A stretch of DNA of 64,000 nt from Camelus dromedarius (taxonomy: Eukaryota), in contig NC_087436.1 in NCBI RefSeq assembly GCF_036321535.1, positions 109,804,001-109,868,000 of the forward strand. The letters run 5' to 3'. The position numbers were made by a program, and so were the translations under genes. How positions within the stretch are numbered: the stretch's first letter is position 1; every line of letters starts with the position of its first letter. The notes beneath the pieces were generated by a model. That model searched no databases. It saw nothing but the letters and a program-made list of their open reading frames with translations, and was not told the origin of the DNA. Shown here piece after piece: positions 23,620 to 36,169 of the stretch.

Positions 23620-25095
23620 AACAATTACATGTAAATTCACAAATCAAACAATCCAATAGGAAATGAGCAGACAATTTAAAGAAGTACTTCACAGACATAA
23701 AAATGTCTATAGTCAATGAAACTATGATGACACTTAATATATGATGGTGATATTATTACAGAAGGAATACACAACCTTCTTAGCAATCAGGGTGTGCAAT
23801 TAAAACCACATGAATGGACTAGCAAAAATTAAAAATGTGAAAATACTCAGGAAGTAGGAATAACAGAAACTCTAATTATAAAAGTAATTGAAATATTTTG
23901 TAATGTTTTGAAAGAATTTTGGCATTCTCTTAAAACCTAATATTTCCACTCTTAGAAAGAAATGTATGCACATTTATATCAGGATACATATATAAAACTG
24001 ATCATAGGAGCATTGTTATTAATATTTCCAAACTTAAAACAGCCCGAATGATCATAAAAATTAGAAAGGTCAAACAACTCATGTTGAATAAGCAATGGGC
24101 TGTTAGATAATAAAGAAAATTACTGAACCACAAATGAATACATCAACATGGGTGTATCTCAAAAACATGCTGAGTGAAAGAATCATGTCACAAAAGAAAA
24201 CATACAGTGTGATTCTATTTACATGAATTCCAACTGTAAGAAAGCTAAATTGTTAGGATGGATACATGAATGAGAAAATTGTAAAGAAAAACAAGAAATC
24301 CCAGAGATGTGAATACACATTTCAGAACAGTAGCTGCCTGCAGGAGAGGGAAGGGAAAATAACTGAGTTGAGGTACCCATGGCTTCCAAGGTACTGGGGA
24401 AATTCAAGCTCTTCTAAAAGCGTAGTGATGTTATTCATCTGCTCAGTTTAACCTACCTGTTAAACTTTATGTCTATGTATGTTCTATATGTATATGTGTA
24501 TGTGTGTTTCCTGTTGGGTCCACTGATGTCCTTCAAAGTCCAAGGACCCCCATTCCTGGGCTTTCAGACATCTGTGATCTTTCAACAGATAAAGTACATT
24601 CTTTACTGGGCGTGTTTCTCCTAACAATTGAATAACCCCAGGTAATGCCTACCTTATCAGAGTCAAATCCCACTGCCCTTCACCGACCCTAAACCTCTTA
24701 CCTCACCTACAACCAGTCAGACTTGTGCCCAAGTGGATCAGGCACCTTGTGACCCTACCTTATAAAACACCCCAATAACCGGCCTTTGATGCTCACACAG
24801 GTGACTCTTGCCTGTGTGGCCCCCTATTGCCAATAGCAGTATAACCACTGAAATTTTCCCTTCTTCTTCACCCTGCTGCTCACACAGACACCTCTCATCT
24901 GTGTGGCCTGCTGTTGCGTATGACAGTGAACCCTAATAAACTCCTTTCTGTTCTGATACTTAACCTCTTGCAAATTCTTTTCCCAACCTGCAGGTCACCA
25001 TGTCACCAACCGGCACACCCCCCCAACCCCGTTGTGTCACACAACATTTTGGATACCCTTTTGTATGTGTATCTCACAATTTTTAAAATAACACA
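23620..25095 (+). mobile_element. Old L1 (L1ME/L1MC-like) 3' region, interrupted by the LTR at 24512-25046
   Basis: aacaatccaataggaaatgagcag..., atttccactcttag, catcaacatgggtgtatctcaaaaacatgctgagtgaaagaa, catacagtgtgattctatttacatgaa. Confidence 0.8.
24512..25046 (+). mobile_element. ERV-class solo LTR, family unassigned
   Basis: TGTT...AACA ends, TATAAAA at 24761, AATAAA at 24935, inserted within an L1 3' end. Confidence 0.8.
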
Positions 25096-25214
25096 AAAAG
25101 GTAATCCCTCTGGCATACTAGATTTTAGAATTGAGTTAGGTAGTCATTAGGTTCATTAAGAGATTCGGCCATTTACCTAATGTCAATTGAAGAAGCCAGA
25201 CACTTGCTAGAATT

Positions 25215-26365
25215 GTGTCTTGAATTTAAAAACAACATAGTCAGGCAAAGACAGCAACATGAAAGGCTCCTGGTCTCACTTCCTACCACGGGCACGCTGA
25301 ATCTGCAGCTGCACGTGGAACAATTGCTACTGGAAGAAATCCAGAAACTGAGTTACACATCAGGTGAACTAGAAAACACCTGTATTTTGTTGACTGAAAT
25401 AAATGCGCAGTCTAAAAGTTGAGAGTTATGTTTTACTTGGCAGGAGGACTCGAGCAGGGATGACAGCCTCTCAGATGGCTCTGAGGGACTGCTCCACAGA
25501 TGTAGGGGAGGAGCCAGCATATATAGGAGCTTTACAACAAAGACCAGGTAGTTGGAACAATAAAAGATTACTTGTTATCTAAAGAAAACCAGGCATCTCA
25601 AGTTAAAGGAATTAGCGCTTTTCTATGTCTGGGAGGAAGCAAATATTTGAGCTCATTGAATTCATTCCCTTGACAAGCCCCTCGCTATCTAGGGCCAGTA
25701 TCCTGTCCTTTCTTATTCTGAGTCCCCTCAGAGTGCACCACTGTGAGTAGCTGCAGAGGCCTGGCTGCAGGCTTGTCTTCACTGGTGGTTGGCGGCAGTG
25801 GCTGATGACTTGATGGTTTCAGCATTCTTTGTTTACTGATGTGGTTTGCAGTATTTTTCGTTCACAATTGAAATAGGTAGGAAAGGCTGAGAAACTTTCT
25901 CACCATAAACCACAGCCCGGCACAGTTACAAAATATAGGAAAGGGACTCACAGTTCCCAGCTTCTCCTTAAGGAGCAAAGGGTTTAGACCCAATATCTAG
26001 AGCCATAATTTTTAAGACTTCCACCTGATGGAAGTCCCCCCTCCCACCACCAAATCACCTAGCTTTGAAAATTAATCAGACACACAAGACTAGAGTAAAC
26101 AAAGGAATATTTCTTAGTGGGCTCAGGACAACTTGCTGTTTTTATCCCCTCAGTGCCAAATACAAAGGGAGCAGCCAGAAAAACTCATCTTCTAGTCTTT
26201 CCCTGGAAAAGACCTATTTGCATACCTTAAAAACTACTGCCTGCGGGTCAGGATTCTGATTTATTACACATCTAGGGCCTGACTGTGATCCTCCCTTAAG
26301 ACCCTATGGCGAGGCTGGCAGGCATTGTCTTCACATTGTCCCTATGGCCCACTCCAGGTTTCCTT
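25215..26365 (+). mobile_element. Probable L1 5' UTR (L1M-type), interrupted by the LTR at 25388-25866
   Basis: Non-coding sequence resembling laurasiatherian L1 5' ends (gacctatttgcataccttaaaaactactgcctg), abutting ORF2 sequence in the same orientation. Confidence 0.55.
25388..25866 (-). mobile_element. ERV1 solo LTR, MER41-like
   Basis: tgttgactgaaa...ctaaaagttgagagttatgtttta...acagcctctcagatggctctgagggactgctcc...ttcaca; TG...CA ends, 4-bp TSD attt/attg. Confidence 0.85.
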
Positions 26366-29300
26366 GTAGTAGAATACAGGAAATAGCAAAGGTCAGAGCT
26401 GAGATCAGTGAAATAGAGACAAAAAAAGACAATGGAAAAGATTAATGAAATTAACAGCTGGTGTTTTGAAAAGATAAACAAAATAGGTAAGACTTCAGCA
26501 AGACTTACCAAGGGAAAAAAGAGGACTCAAATAAGGAAAATTAGAAATGAAGATGGAGATATTAAACTTATATCAAACAAATATCAAGGTCATATGAGAC
26601 TGCTATAAATAATTATACATCAACAAATTGGACAACCTAGAAGAAACAGACAAATTCCTAGAAACATGCAAACTACCAAGACTGAATCATAAACAATAGA
26701 AAATCTGAACAGACCAATTACTAGTAGAAAGATTGAATCAGTAATCAAAAATCTCCCAACAAAGAAAAGAAGAGAACCACATAGCTTCACTGGTGAATTC
26801 TCCTAAACATTTAAAGAAGAATTAATGCCAATCCTTCTGAAACCCTTCCAAAAAAAATAAAAAAGAACCCTTCTAAATTCATTTTATGAGGCCAACATTA
26901 CCCTGATACTAAAACCAAGCAAGAAAAAAAAAGAGAATATTATTACAGTCTAATATCCCTGATAAGCACAGGTGGAAAAACTTTCAAGAAAATATTAGCA
27001 AAACAAGTTCAAAAATACATCGAAAGGATCATATACCATGACAATCAGTGAGATTTATTCCAGGGAGGTAAGGATGGTTCAGTATATGCAAATCAATCAA
27101 TGTGGTGTACTGCTTTAACAAACAAACAAAAAAGAATAAAAATCATATAATTTAGTAGATGCAGAAAAAATATTTGACAAAATTCACCATCATGCATGAT
27201 GAAAATTCTCAACAAACTGAGAAAGTACCTCAACATTATAAAGACCCACATATGACAAGCCCATAGCTAACATCATACTCAGTGGTGAAAACCTGAAAGC
27301 TTTTCCTCTAAGAAGTTCAGATGAAAATGCCCACTCTCACTACTTTTATTTAACATCGCACTGGAAGTTATAGATACAGCAATTAGTCAAGAAAAGGGAA
27401 TAAAAGTTATCCAAGTAAGAAAGGAAGAAGTAAAACTGTCTTTGTTTGCAGTTGACATGATGTATATAGAAAACCCTAAAAACTTTACCAAAAAAAAAAA
27501 AAAAACCCAAAACTGTTGTAACTAATAAATTCAGTAAAGTTGCAGGATACAAATGAACATACAAAATCAGTTGTGTTTTTATACACTGATAATGAACTAT
27601 CAGAAAGATAAATCAAGAAAACAATCCCATTTATAGCTGCATCAAAATGAAGAAAATACATAGGAATAAATTTCAACAAGGGTGTGAAAGATCTATATAA
27701 GAAACCTGTAAAATGCTGATGACTGAGATTGAAGAAAGCACAAAAAATGGGAAGATATTTCATGCTGATGGATTGGAAGATTAATATTGCTACAATGTCC
27801 ATACTGCCTAAACCGATCTACAAATTATATGCAATATTTATCAAAATTCTAATGGCATTTTTCACAGAAATAGAAAAAAAAATCCTAAAATTTGTATGGA
27901 ACTACAAAAGACCCCAAATAGCACACGGAATCTTGAGAAGAAAGAACAAAGCTGGAGGCACCATGATTGCTAATTTCAAACTATATTACAAAGGTACAGA
28001 ATCAAAAGAGTATGGTACTTGCATCAAAAACAGAAATACCAATAAAACAGAATCAGGAAATAAGCCCTCACATATACAGTTAACTAACATTTAAAAAGGA
28101 AGCTAAGAGTACTTAATGGGGAAAGACTAGTTTCTTTAATATATGATGCTAGGAAAACTGTATAAACATAAGCAGAAGAATGAAATGAAACTCCTACTAA
28201 AACAGCTAACAAGAATTAACTTGAAGTGGATTATAGACATAAACATAAGACCTGAAGCCATAAAAATCCTAGAATAAAACATAGGTAAGAAACTCCTTAA
28301 CATTTATTTTTGGCAACACTATTTTGGCTATCACACCAAAAACAAAGCAACAAAAGCAAAAATTGAAAAGTGAAACTAAAGCAAACTAAAAACTTCTGCA
28401 CAGAAAAAAACACAATCAACAAAATAAAAATGTAACCTACAGAATGAGAGAAGATATTTGCAAATTGTATACCTGATGAGGGGTAAATACCATATACATA
28501 TACATGAACTCATACAACTCAATAGCCAAAAAAGAAACAACCCCATTACAATATGAGCAGAGGAACTAAATAGATGTTTATCCAAAGAAGATATATAAAT
28601 GGCCAATAGGTACATGAAAATGTGTCCAACAGCACTTTCCATCATCAGAGAAATACAGGTAAAAACTATAATGTGATATTACCTCATATCTGTCATAAAT
28701 ATCAATCATCAAAAATGCAAAAGATAAGTGTTAGTGAATATGTGAAGGAGAAGGAAACTCTGTGCACTGTTGGTGGGAATGTAAATTGGTAAAGTCACTA
28801 TGGAAAACAATATGGAGGTTCCTCAAAGAATTAAAAGTAGAACTACCATATATCCAGCAGTCCATTTCTTCACATCCATCCAAAGAAAATCAAAATGAAA
28901 ACAGGGTATCACAGAGAGTTAGCTGCACTCCCATGTTCACTGCAGCAATCACTCATAACAGCCAAGATACAGAAACAATTTAAATGTCCATTAATGGCTA
29001 AATGGATAAAGAAGATACGTTATGTTTTTATTTATTTTTTTAAGAAGATATGTTATGTGTATATGTTTGGGTGTGTGTATATATATATATATGTGTGTCA
29101 GTATGTATAATATCCCATTTTATTGAATAATATTCTGTTGTGCAAATACAATGAGAAAGAAGAAAATCCTGCCATTTACAACAACATTGACGGACCTTGA
29201 AGACATTATGCTAATGCAATAATCAATAGAGAAAGACAAATACTGTATGGCATCACATATATGTGGAATCTAAAAAATAAAAAATTGCTATCATGAAACT

Positions 29301-29678
29301 CATAGAAGCAGAGAATAGTAAGTTTGTTGCACAAGGCCAGGTGTGGGGGACTAGGAAAAAGTTGGTAAATGAATACAAACTTTCAGCTATAAGAAGAATA
29401 AGGTCTGAAGATGTAGCATAAAGCATAGTGGCTATAGTTGATAATACTGTGTTGTATAATTGAAAGTAACTGGAGAGTAGAATTTAAATGTCCTCATCAA
29501 AAAAAAAAAAAAGAGAAAGAAATATGAGAAATATGTGAGATGATGATGGATGTGTTAATTGACTAGAGTAGAAGCCTGTCACAATGTATATCTATATTAA
29601 ATCACCACAATGTACAATTTAAATATCTTATAATTTTATACGTTCATTATACCTCAGTAGAGCTGAAATTAAAAAATA
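26366..29678 (+). mobile_element. Decayed L1 ORF2 (RT and C-terminal) plus 3' UTR, L1MA9-like
   Basis: ORF2 remnants [15 protein letters not shown]...[12 protein letters not shown]...KNKAGG (27729-28094) and HCWWECKLV (28762). The RT FADD motif reads FAVD near 27446. Many stops and frameshifts. 3' UTR tacaaactttcagctataag...tatacctcagtagagctg. Confidence 0.95.
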
Positions 29679-29797
29679 GATGAGAAACTTATAAATTAGA
29701 CATATTTTAAATGGTACTTTCACTTTCCTTTTGATACCTGTGGCTTGGCTATCTCTAATTATTATAAAATAGAACTTCTTTTGCATACAGTGCAAAG

Positions 29798-29885
29798 TTC
29801 CTCCTATTCCTACTCCTCCGTTACCTCCTCCTCCTTTTCCTCCTGTCCTCCTCTTCTTTCTCTTTCTCTTCTTCCTCCTCATCCC
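29798..29885. repeat. (CCT)n/CT-rich low-complexity tract
   Basis: Read directly. Confidence 0.8.
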
Positions 29886-30189
29886 CTAGCCCCCGACCTC
29901 CCTCTTCTTTTTGGGGAACAGTGTCTGCTTGAGCTTCACCTTTCAGTGCCATGTCAAAAACGAAAAAACAGAAATTTTAAAAACACCTTTCTCTTCTTGA
30001 CCAGAAGCTAAAGGAAATCAAATCTAAGCAGCTTATCCTAACAACCAAGAGGGCATTTTTTTCACAAGGGTGTACATTTGGGGAAATGGATGAAAGCCCC
30101 TGGAATTTTGTAAGGTATGACTCAAATTCAAGAAAAAAAAATTAAATGAAACTTAAACTACTTCAGGCTTGTTGCACATGGAATACCTT

Positions 30190-30214
30190 ACACACACACA
30201 CACACACACACACA
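30190..30214. repeat. (CA)n microsatellite
   Basis: Read directly. Confidence 0.95.
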
Positions 30215-30649
30215 AAGCCTTTCGCTATTACCACTCTAACATCATAACTATTATCATGATTCGATTTTACTTCATCATTCTAGAATTTGCTTTCTGCGAT
30301 ATATCTGGTTATTTGTTTGACAAGATATTTTTTGGCAGTATATTGAAAGTTTAATAGCCAAGCATGTAGGAGAGTGAGAGATTTTCCGTCTGTTGACTTA
30401 GAAAGCCAAAGGGAGGAAAAAGCCATTGCACAATTCTCGAACAGAATGGATTATTCAGAATGTTTCACCAAGTGGGTTTCATCATGTTTGATACACAGAA
30501 TAGTATCTACTGAAAACTAATATTTCCTTTTCTGGCCTTTTATAAGAATCTCTTCTGTTACAGTTTTGTTCAGATGAAGTTAATTGTTACACTTTTGGTG
30601 GTCAGAGAAGCAGTCAATGAAGGGCATTGACATGGACACAAGATACACT

Positions 30650-31037
30650 GAATGTGGGAATTTGGGAATCAGGGACCAGTTTGGGGCAAAGGGAATGGCT
30701 GAACTCCTTGACCGTGACTGAAAATTGTAGTAGAGAATAACCTTTGTGTTGTTGGAGGTTTGCAGGGACACCGTGACCTGGCCCACGGGGACGGCTGCGA
30801 GAATAAAGAATGCCTGCAGCAAGGAGATTGCAACAATCAACCACAGCCCCTCCCTTATTTTTTGTGTAAAAGGAGCCTGTATTCTGACTAGAGCAGGATG
30901 GTTCTCCAAGATACTAGTCAGCTATCCTCTGGGTCTGCCGGCTTTCCGAATAAAGCAGCTATTCCTTGCCCCAACACCTCGTCTCCCGATTATTGGCCTG
31001 TTGTGCGGCGAGCAGAATGAGTTTGGACTTGGCAACA
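30650..31037 (+). mobile_element. ERV1-class LTR, family A variant (5' boundary uncertain)
   Basis: From about 30722 to 31037 it is the reverse complement of the 21926 and 48948 copies (ggctttccgaataaagcagctattccttgcccc...tttggacttggcaaca). The upstream part differs. Confidence 0.82.
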
Positions 31038-33929
31038 AAAGTACAATAGTATCTTCTATCTTCAGTAAATGGGTAAGAAAAAGTTAAGATTTGTAGCAGA
31101 AAAATTAAAGGAAATTAAAAAAAATTCTATACTTTGCATTTATGTAGTTTATTTAAAGATATCAAAAACATGGTTACAGAGCTCGTAAAGGATGGGATGG
31201 ATGCCTTTGGCTTTTTATTTGCAAATAAATGAGTTATGTTTGATGACATCAGTGCTTTCCCCTCAAGCTATAAATCACTTTGCTTCAATTTCCTATTGAG
31301 TTTAATACCTAACACTTCCTTTTACCCCATAAATATTGCTGCAAATTATAGGTACTCCCAAAGCACAAAATAAATAGGAGCTAACTTTAATTTAATGTCC
31401 ACATTGAGAAATGAATGGAAGAAGTGAATCATGACTGTAAAATTAAAAAAAAAAAAAGTAAGACTTGAATCACTTTCCAAAAAAAAAAAGCTTAACAGGT
31501 ACAATTTTAATGTTGATAATTTGACACTGCTCAAGAATAAATTCTCTAAACAGCTGGCAGATATGATAAGGCAGTTTGGGAAGATGGGAGAAAATATGAA
31601 AAATCACATTTGAGGCAATATTTAATAGAACAATGAGAGACCACACAGACCACTCACCTGATAAATGTGATATTTCTAACATAGCAAACCAGAACCAGAA
31701 ATGAGTCTTGTAATTTATAGAAAATATTAAAAGAGAGAGGGAGCGACAGAGAGAGATACTCTTATGAGGATATCAAGCCAAACAACCTAATTCTTAGATG
31801 AAAATGGTCAGTGTTTGGAGAATATAAGAAAAATGCAGGGACTGAAGTAGCCAAAGGACAATGGTGAGATGACAGGGGCTTGAGTTCTAATTTTGCCTTG
31901 TGGTGGATGAAATGTGGATTTTGTTTTTCTTTTTGTGACTTCTCAGAATCCATCCCTCTATCCTGATTTATCTCTGTATAGCTTTTTGTGGAATCATTGC
32001 CTCCGATTAAATGTATCCATCGGGGAAGACACTTGTGAAGGGTAAAGGAAACAGATCATACTCTTCTTGCTCTGTCACAGTCCGGGGTTATCAGGTAATC
32101 CAAACATCAATTAGAAAGGCTCTCCATGGACATAGAAACCTGAGAAAGTTACACACAGACCTGCAATGGAAAGAAACATAATGGAGATCAAGAAAGTTGA
32201 CATACATGATCATGACTTATAAAATGCTGGACCACATTCTAATTAATATATTTCAAGAACTATGACATTCAGTGCTTCCTCTTTAAAGTCTGATGTCTGG
32301 GCACACTTCTTGGCAAAGTGAAATAAATTATAGATGGTCTCTAGCTATTTAAATCAATGTGGGAACAGGTAAAACTTGTAAAGGGATTGGTTCTACTTTA
32401 CTAACATCAGTTTCTACTGTGGTAAATAAATGATCATTTGCTTTTCCAGCAAGTAGATACAAAAAGTGGGTCAAAGCTGGGATTAACAGAGCTGGACCAC
32501 CCTGAAAAATCACCAGCTATTTTGAAAACTCTCAATATCGTATTTACTGATATTTTTGTAGATGTCGTCAGAAATATGCTACTTGTAATGATCAATTATT
32601 TGGGGTGAGATTGAAATTCACACTCAATTCACTATATAAGCATTCTCTTTTCTAATTTAGTGTTAAATTTCTTACTTCTCTGCACCCCTCATTTAAAGTG
32701 TAAAATGGAGATTTTAATTGCGACTGACCTAAATATAGCTTTCAATAATACATTTCTCTGATTCTACTATTTTTATAACTCTAAAGATGATTAGTCTCTC
32801 ATTTTGTGACACAGCAGAAACTTCTAAGAGATCCCATATAAAAATATGAATAACAAATCGATGCTTCCAATCTAAACAGTGTCTTTAAAGTAGTGAATTT
32901 ATTCAGTTAGTTGTGATCATATTAAGTTCTTAATTTCCATCATCACTCATAGACCTCATAATTATCAGCACATTCTTTTATATTTAGGCTATTAGCCATT
33001 AAACGTCCATGCACTGTAACTGCCATATCAAAAAGTATTTAAGCCTTTAAATTTCAGGAAGACATATCTTATCTTACCAGAATCTGAAAGATTTGTACAG
33101 TTAGGTCAAGTTGAGCCTTAGCTGGAAGTAGGCACACTGATCTTTTCTCTCTATCCTGCTTTGATTACCATGCAAATAGGTAGATATGCATTTTTTCTCT
33201 TCACCTTTGAATAGGCCAAGTTGGAGATGATCCACAGCAGGGAGAAAATTGTAGGCAATAGAGCATGCCATCTGGTAGGAGTATGCTGGAGAATCTTCAG
33301 CTTTTTCATTTCAACAAAAGTAAAAGTAAAAGTCTATTAATTCAGCTTCTTGCTTGGCTGAGAAATAAATTCCACAAGTCTCAAATTGCATCTGGTTTAC
33401 TCCATGTCTGGCTCTAATATGTACAATGAAAGCCAGACAATTTGGATGAAAATATTGTTCATCTCTGAGCTTTTAGCATTTGGAAGGAATAATAATGCTT
33501 TTCATTTCTTAAATTCAGACTCTCTCTCTGATACTGATCTGGAATGCACAGTCTGTCTGTTTGGGCTGTTCCCTAGGTGGTGGGACAAAGACTAAAGACC
33601 TCTTCCTAAGGAGGAGAGGGTGTTGATGGGAAAGACGGTTCCCCAAATCAGCGTACTTGTCAGTGGAGCCCTGTGCCAGGGCCACGATGATACCAGCTCT
33701 CTGTGCTTTGCACTGGCAAGATCTCTGAATCTTCTCCTTTGGAAACTATCATGGCACCAAATTATTATAAAATTTTGACCATACTCTCCTTCCTATTCTT
33801 CTTGCAACACGTCTACAAATATAACGTTTTTAGTGCAAGAGTCCTGTTAACATTTATGCTCTCTGTAATGCCTCCTGAAGTCTTAAATACACAGGAAACA
33901 TTGTATAACTATTCTGTTGATCAAAATGT

Positions 33930-34250
33930 GATCCTCTTGGTCTTTACCTCAAGGGCACAAGATAGCTGCCACAGCTCTAGGCATCAAATACATATTCAAC
34001 ACAGGAAAAGAAGTGACGGTTGGTCATCCCAGCCTTATCTACTCCTTTCATCAGGAATAGCAAAACCTTCCTAAAAGCTCCTCGCCAATAGAGGTCTACT
34101 TAGGTATCATAGGCCAGAATTATATTGTATGGTTATCTGACAAAGGGGGCTAGAAATGTGATTATGTTTCCAGCCTCTATAATGGAGGTCAGAAAATGAG
34201 TTTAGGAATGAATATTGGGCATTGGTTTAGGCAATCAACAGTTCTTTTGA
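33930..34250 (-). mobile_element. MaLR LTR fragment, MLT1J-like
   Basis: cacaagatagctgccacagctctaggcatca...cataggccagaat...ggctagaaatgtg...ggcaatcaacag. Confidence 0.7.
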
Positions 34251-34959
34251 CATGCATGAAAAGCAGTTAATACGTAGTAACAGCTCAATAAATTATAGCT
34301 GTTCCTAGCTACTAATTTGAGGAAAGAAACTTACTCAGTTTATGGAAATTAACAAAATATGATTTCATAGCTTCAAAAAGATAGAAAAATGTACATAATT
34401 TAAGTTACCCAGCAGGTAGTACTTAAAGAATTTTAAATCCCACAGTGTCTATTTTTTATTTTATTCAGAGGGAAAAAAAAACACTATATGTGGGAATTCA
34501 TAATTTTCCATTCATTAAGGATTTCTAAAAATTATAATCTCACAATAGTATTAAGGCAGTATAATAAGCTAAAATAATTCATAGCTTAAATTGAAAATTA
34601 AGAAAAACATCTAAAGAAAGACAGAAAAAAATTGCTTGTGATCTTTATAAGAACTAATCTGATGCTCACCAGAGCCAAAAATTCAAAGCAAGCATCGCTA
34701 GTCTTTACTCAAGATTACCACCTATAAAGGCAAGCTCTTTTTAATCCATGAGCACTGATTGCCCTGGAATCTAAGCCATATCACGTAGGAGTGGTGGTGG
34801 CTTCTCTGGGGATATGAGCCATCCTAATCAGGGGTTAGAGACATCCCAGAAAAGAGTAAATCAAGAGTGAACACCAGAGATAAAGCCCAGAGCAAGACCA
34901 GAAAGCTTTTGCCAAAATACCAAGCCAAAATTGAATGAAATATATCTTGTAGCATCAGT

Positions 34960-35170
34960 AGAATGTAGAGTGAAAACATGCTCTATTGCAGTCAGACATA
35001 TGTGTTTGGAATTCTGGCCTCATTGCCTACTCACTATGGGACTTTGAACAAGTTGGTTAATTTCTTGGAATCTTAAATTTCTTAACAGATAATAGGAAAA
35101 ATAAGGTATTACTTTTTGATTGTGGTGAGAATTAAAGAAATTATAGGGAAAATATTTTACAGATGATTTA
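34960..35170 (+). mobile_element. MIR SINE (tail resumes about 35728-35753 after LTR33)
   Basis: gcagtcagac...aattctggcctc...gactttgaacaagttggttaatttc...attgtggtgagaattaaa. Confidence 0.8.
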
Positions 35171-35187
35171 CTGGAGGTAATTATTTT

Positions 35188-35727
35188 TCTTATTCTAGGA
35201 TTGTCCCAAAAGTAGGGGCTCAAGCAAGGGTTGTATTCAGGTAACTCATATGAGAAATAAATCCAGAGGGGAAAAATGGAAGAACCAGGGAAACTGTGAT
35301 AAGAAGAGGGAAGAAATAAAATTTAATAAAAGGATGTATTATAACATTTACCATTGTGGGCATCAGGGACCCAGCGTGGCTGCGACTGCTTAGGGAGCAA
35401 ACTGAATGTTTCCAAGATTGGGTGACTTAAAGGGCAGAAGGACATTCAGCCAGTCCTCTCCACTGGTTGAGTGTTTCCCTGAATGATTAACCCTCTCACA
35501 CATCCAGGCTGTAGCTATGTTTGGGGGCTCAATTAGCTCTGCCAACAGAGCAGGCTCCTTTGAGGTAGAACTTCCAAGGCATAAAGCAAAAAGATGTAGG
35601 ATATAAATTTGAGACCAAATGCTGTCAGGGTCTGAGGTCCTAGGGACCAAAAGCCAGTTCTTGCTAGAGCTGAGATTAGAGGCAGGCCATGGAGAACGTG
35701 ACATGGGTAGTAGAAGTATCTACTACA
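35188..35727 (-). mobile_element. ERVL LTR33-like
   Basis: aataaaaggatgtattataacatttaccattgtgggcatcagggac...ccactggttgagtgtttccctg...atctactaca. Confidence 0.72.
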
Positions 35728-36169
35728 GGTTTCAATAAACCTTAGTTATTATTGTAGCAGTGAAATGAAAAGTCATGAACAAGTTTTCAGCAGTTATATC
35801 AGAAGGACAAACTCAGAAATTAAGAGTTCGACCAACGGATCCAAACAGCACATGTCAAGGAGCTCGGGAAATAACATCTCTGGATATTGTGGACGTTGCT
35901 GATGAGTGGAACAGAGCTCAGAGATTTTAACTGGTATAATCTGCTTCTGTGGTGCCAATGTTTTCGTCTTCCTAAAGCGGCAGTGTTCATGGGTTACTGC
36001 TTCTCATAACTACTGAGGATTTGATTGTTTCACTGACCTATTTGCTAGTAGGATGAATTTTCAGAGTGCTATCTTGCCTATCTCTCTATCTGGAAATGTT
36101 AATGGTTTCATTTTTTCTTGAAGTAGAGGCTTAGAACTGTTCAACTATTGGCACCTTCTTTCCCACAAA

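Noticed and set aside
26366..29100. Active or domesticated reverse transcriptase
   Set aside because: Numerous stops and frameshifts, catalytic FADD changed to FAVD, and no ORF1 or endonuclease.
35791..35930. Open frame VISEGQTQKLRVRPTDPNSTCQGAREITSLDIVDVADEWNRAQRF after ttttcag
   Set aside because: Weak pyrimidine tract, no partner exon and no recognisable homology.
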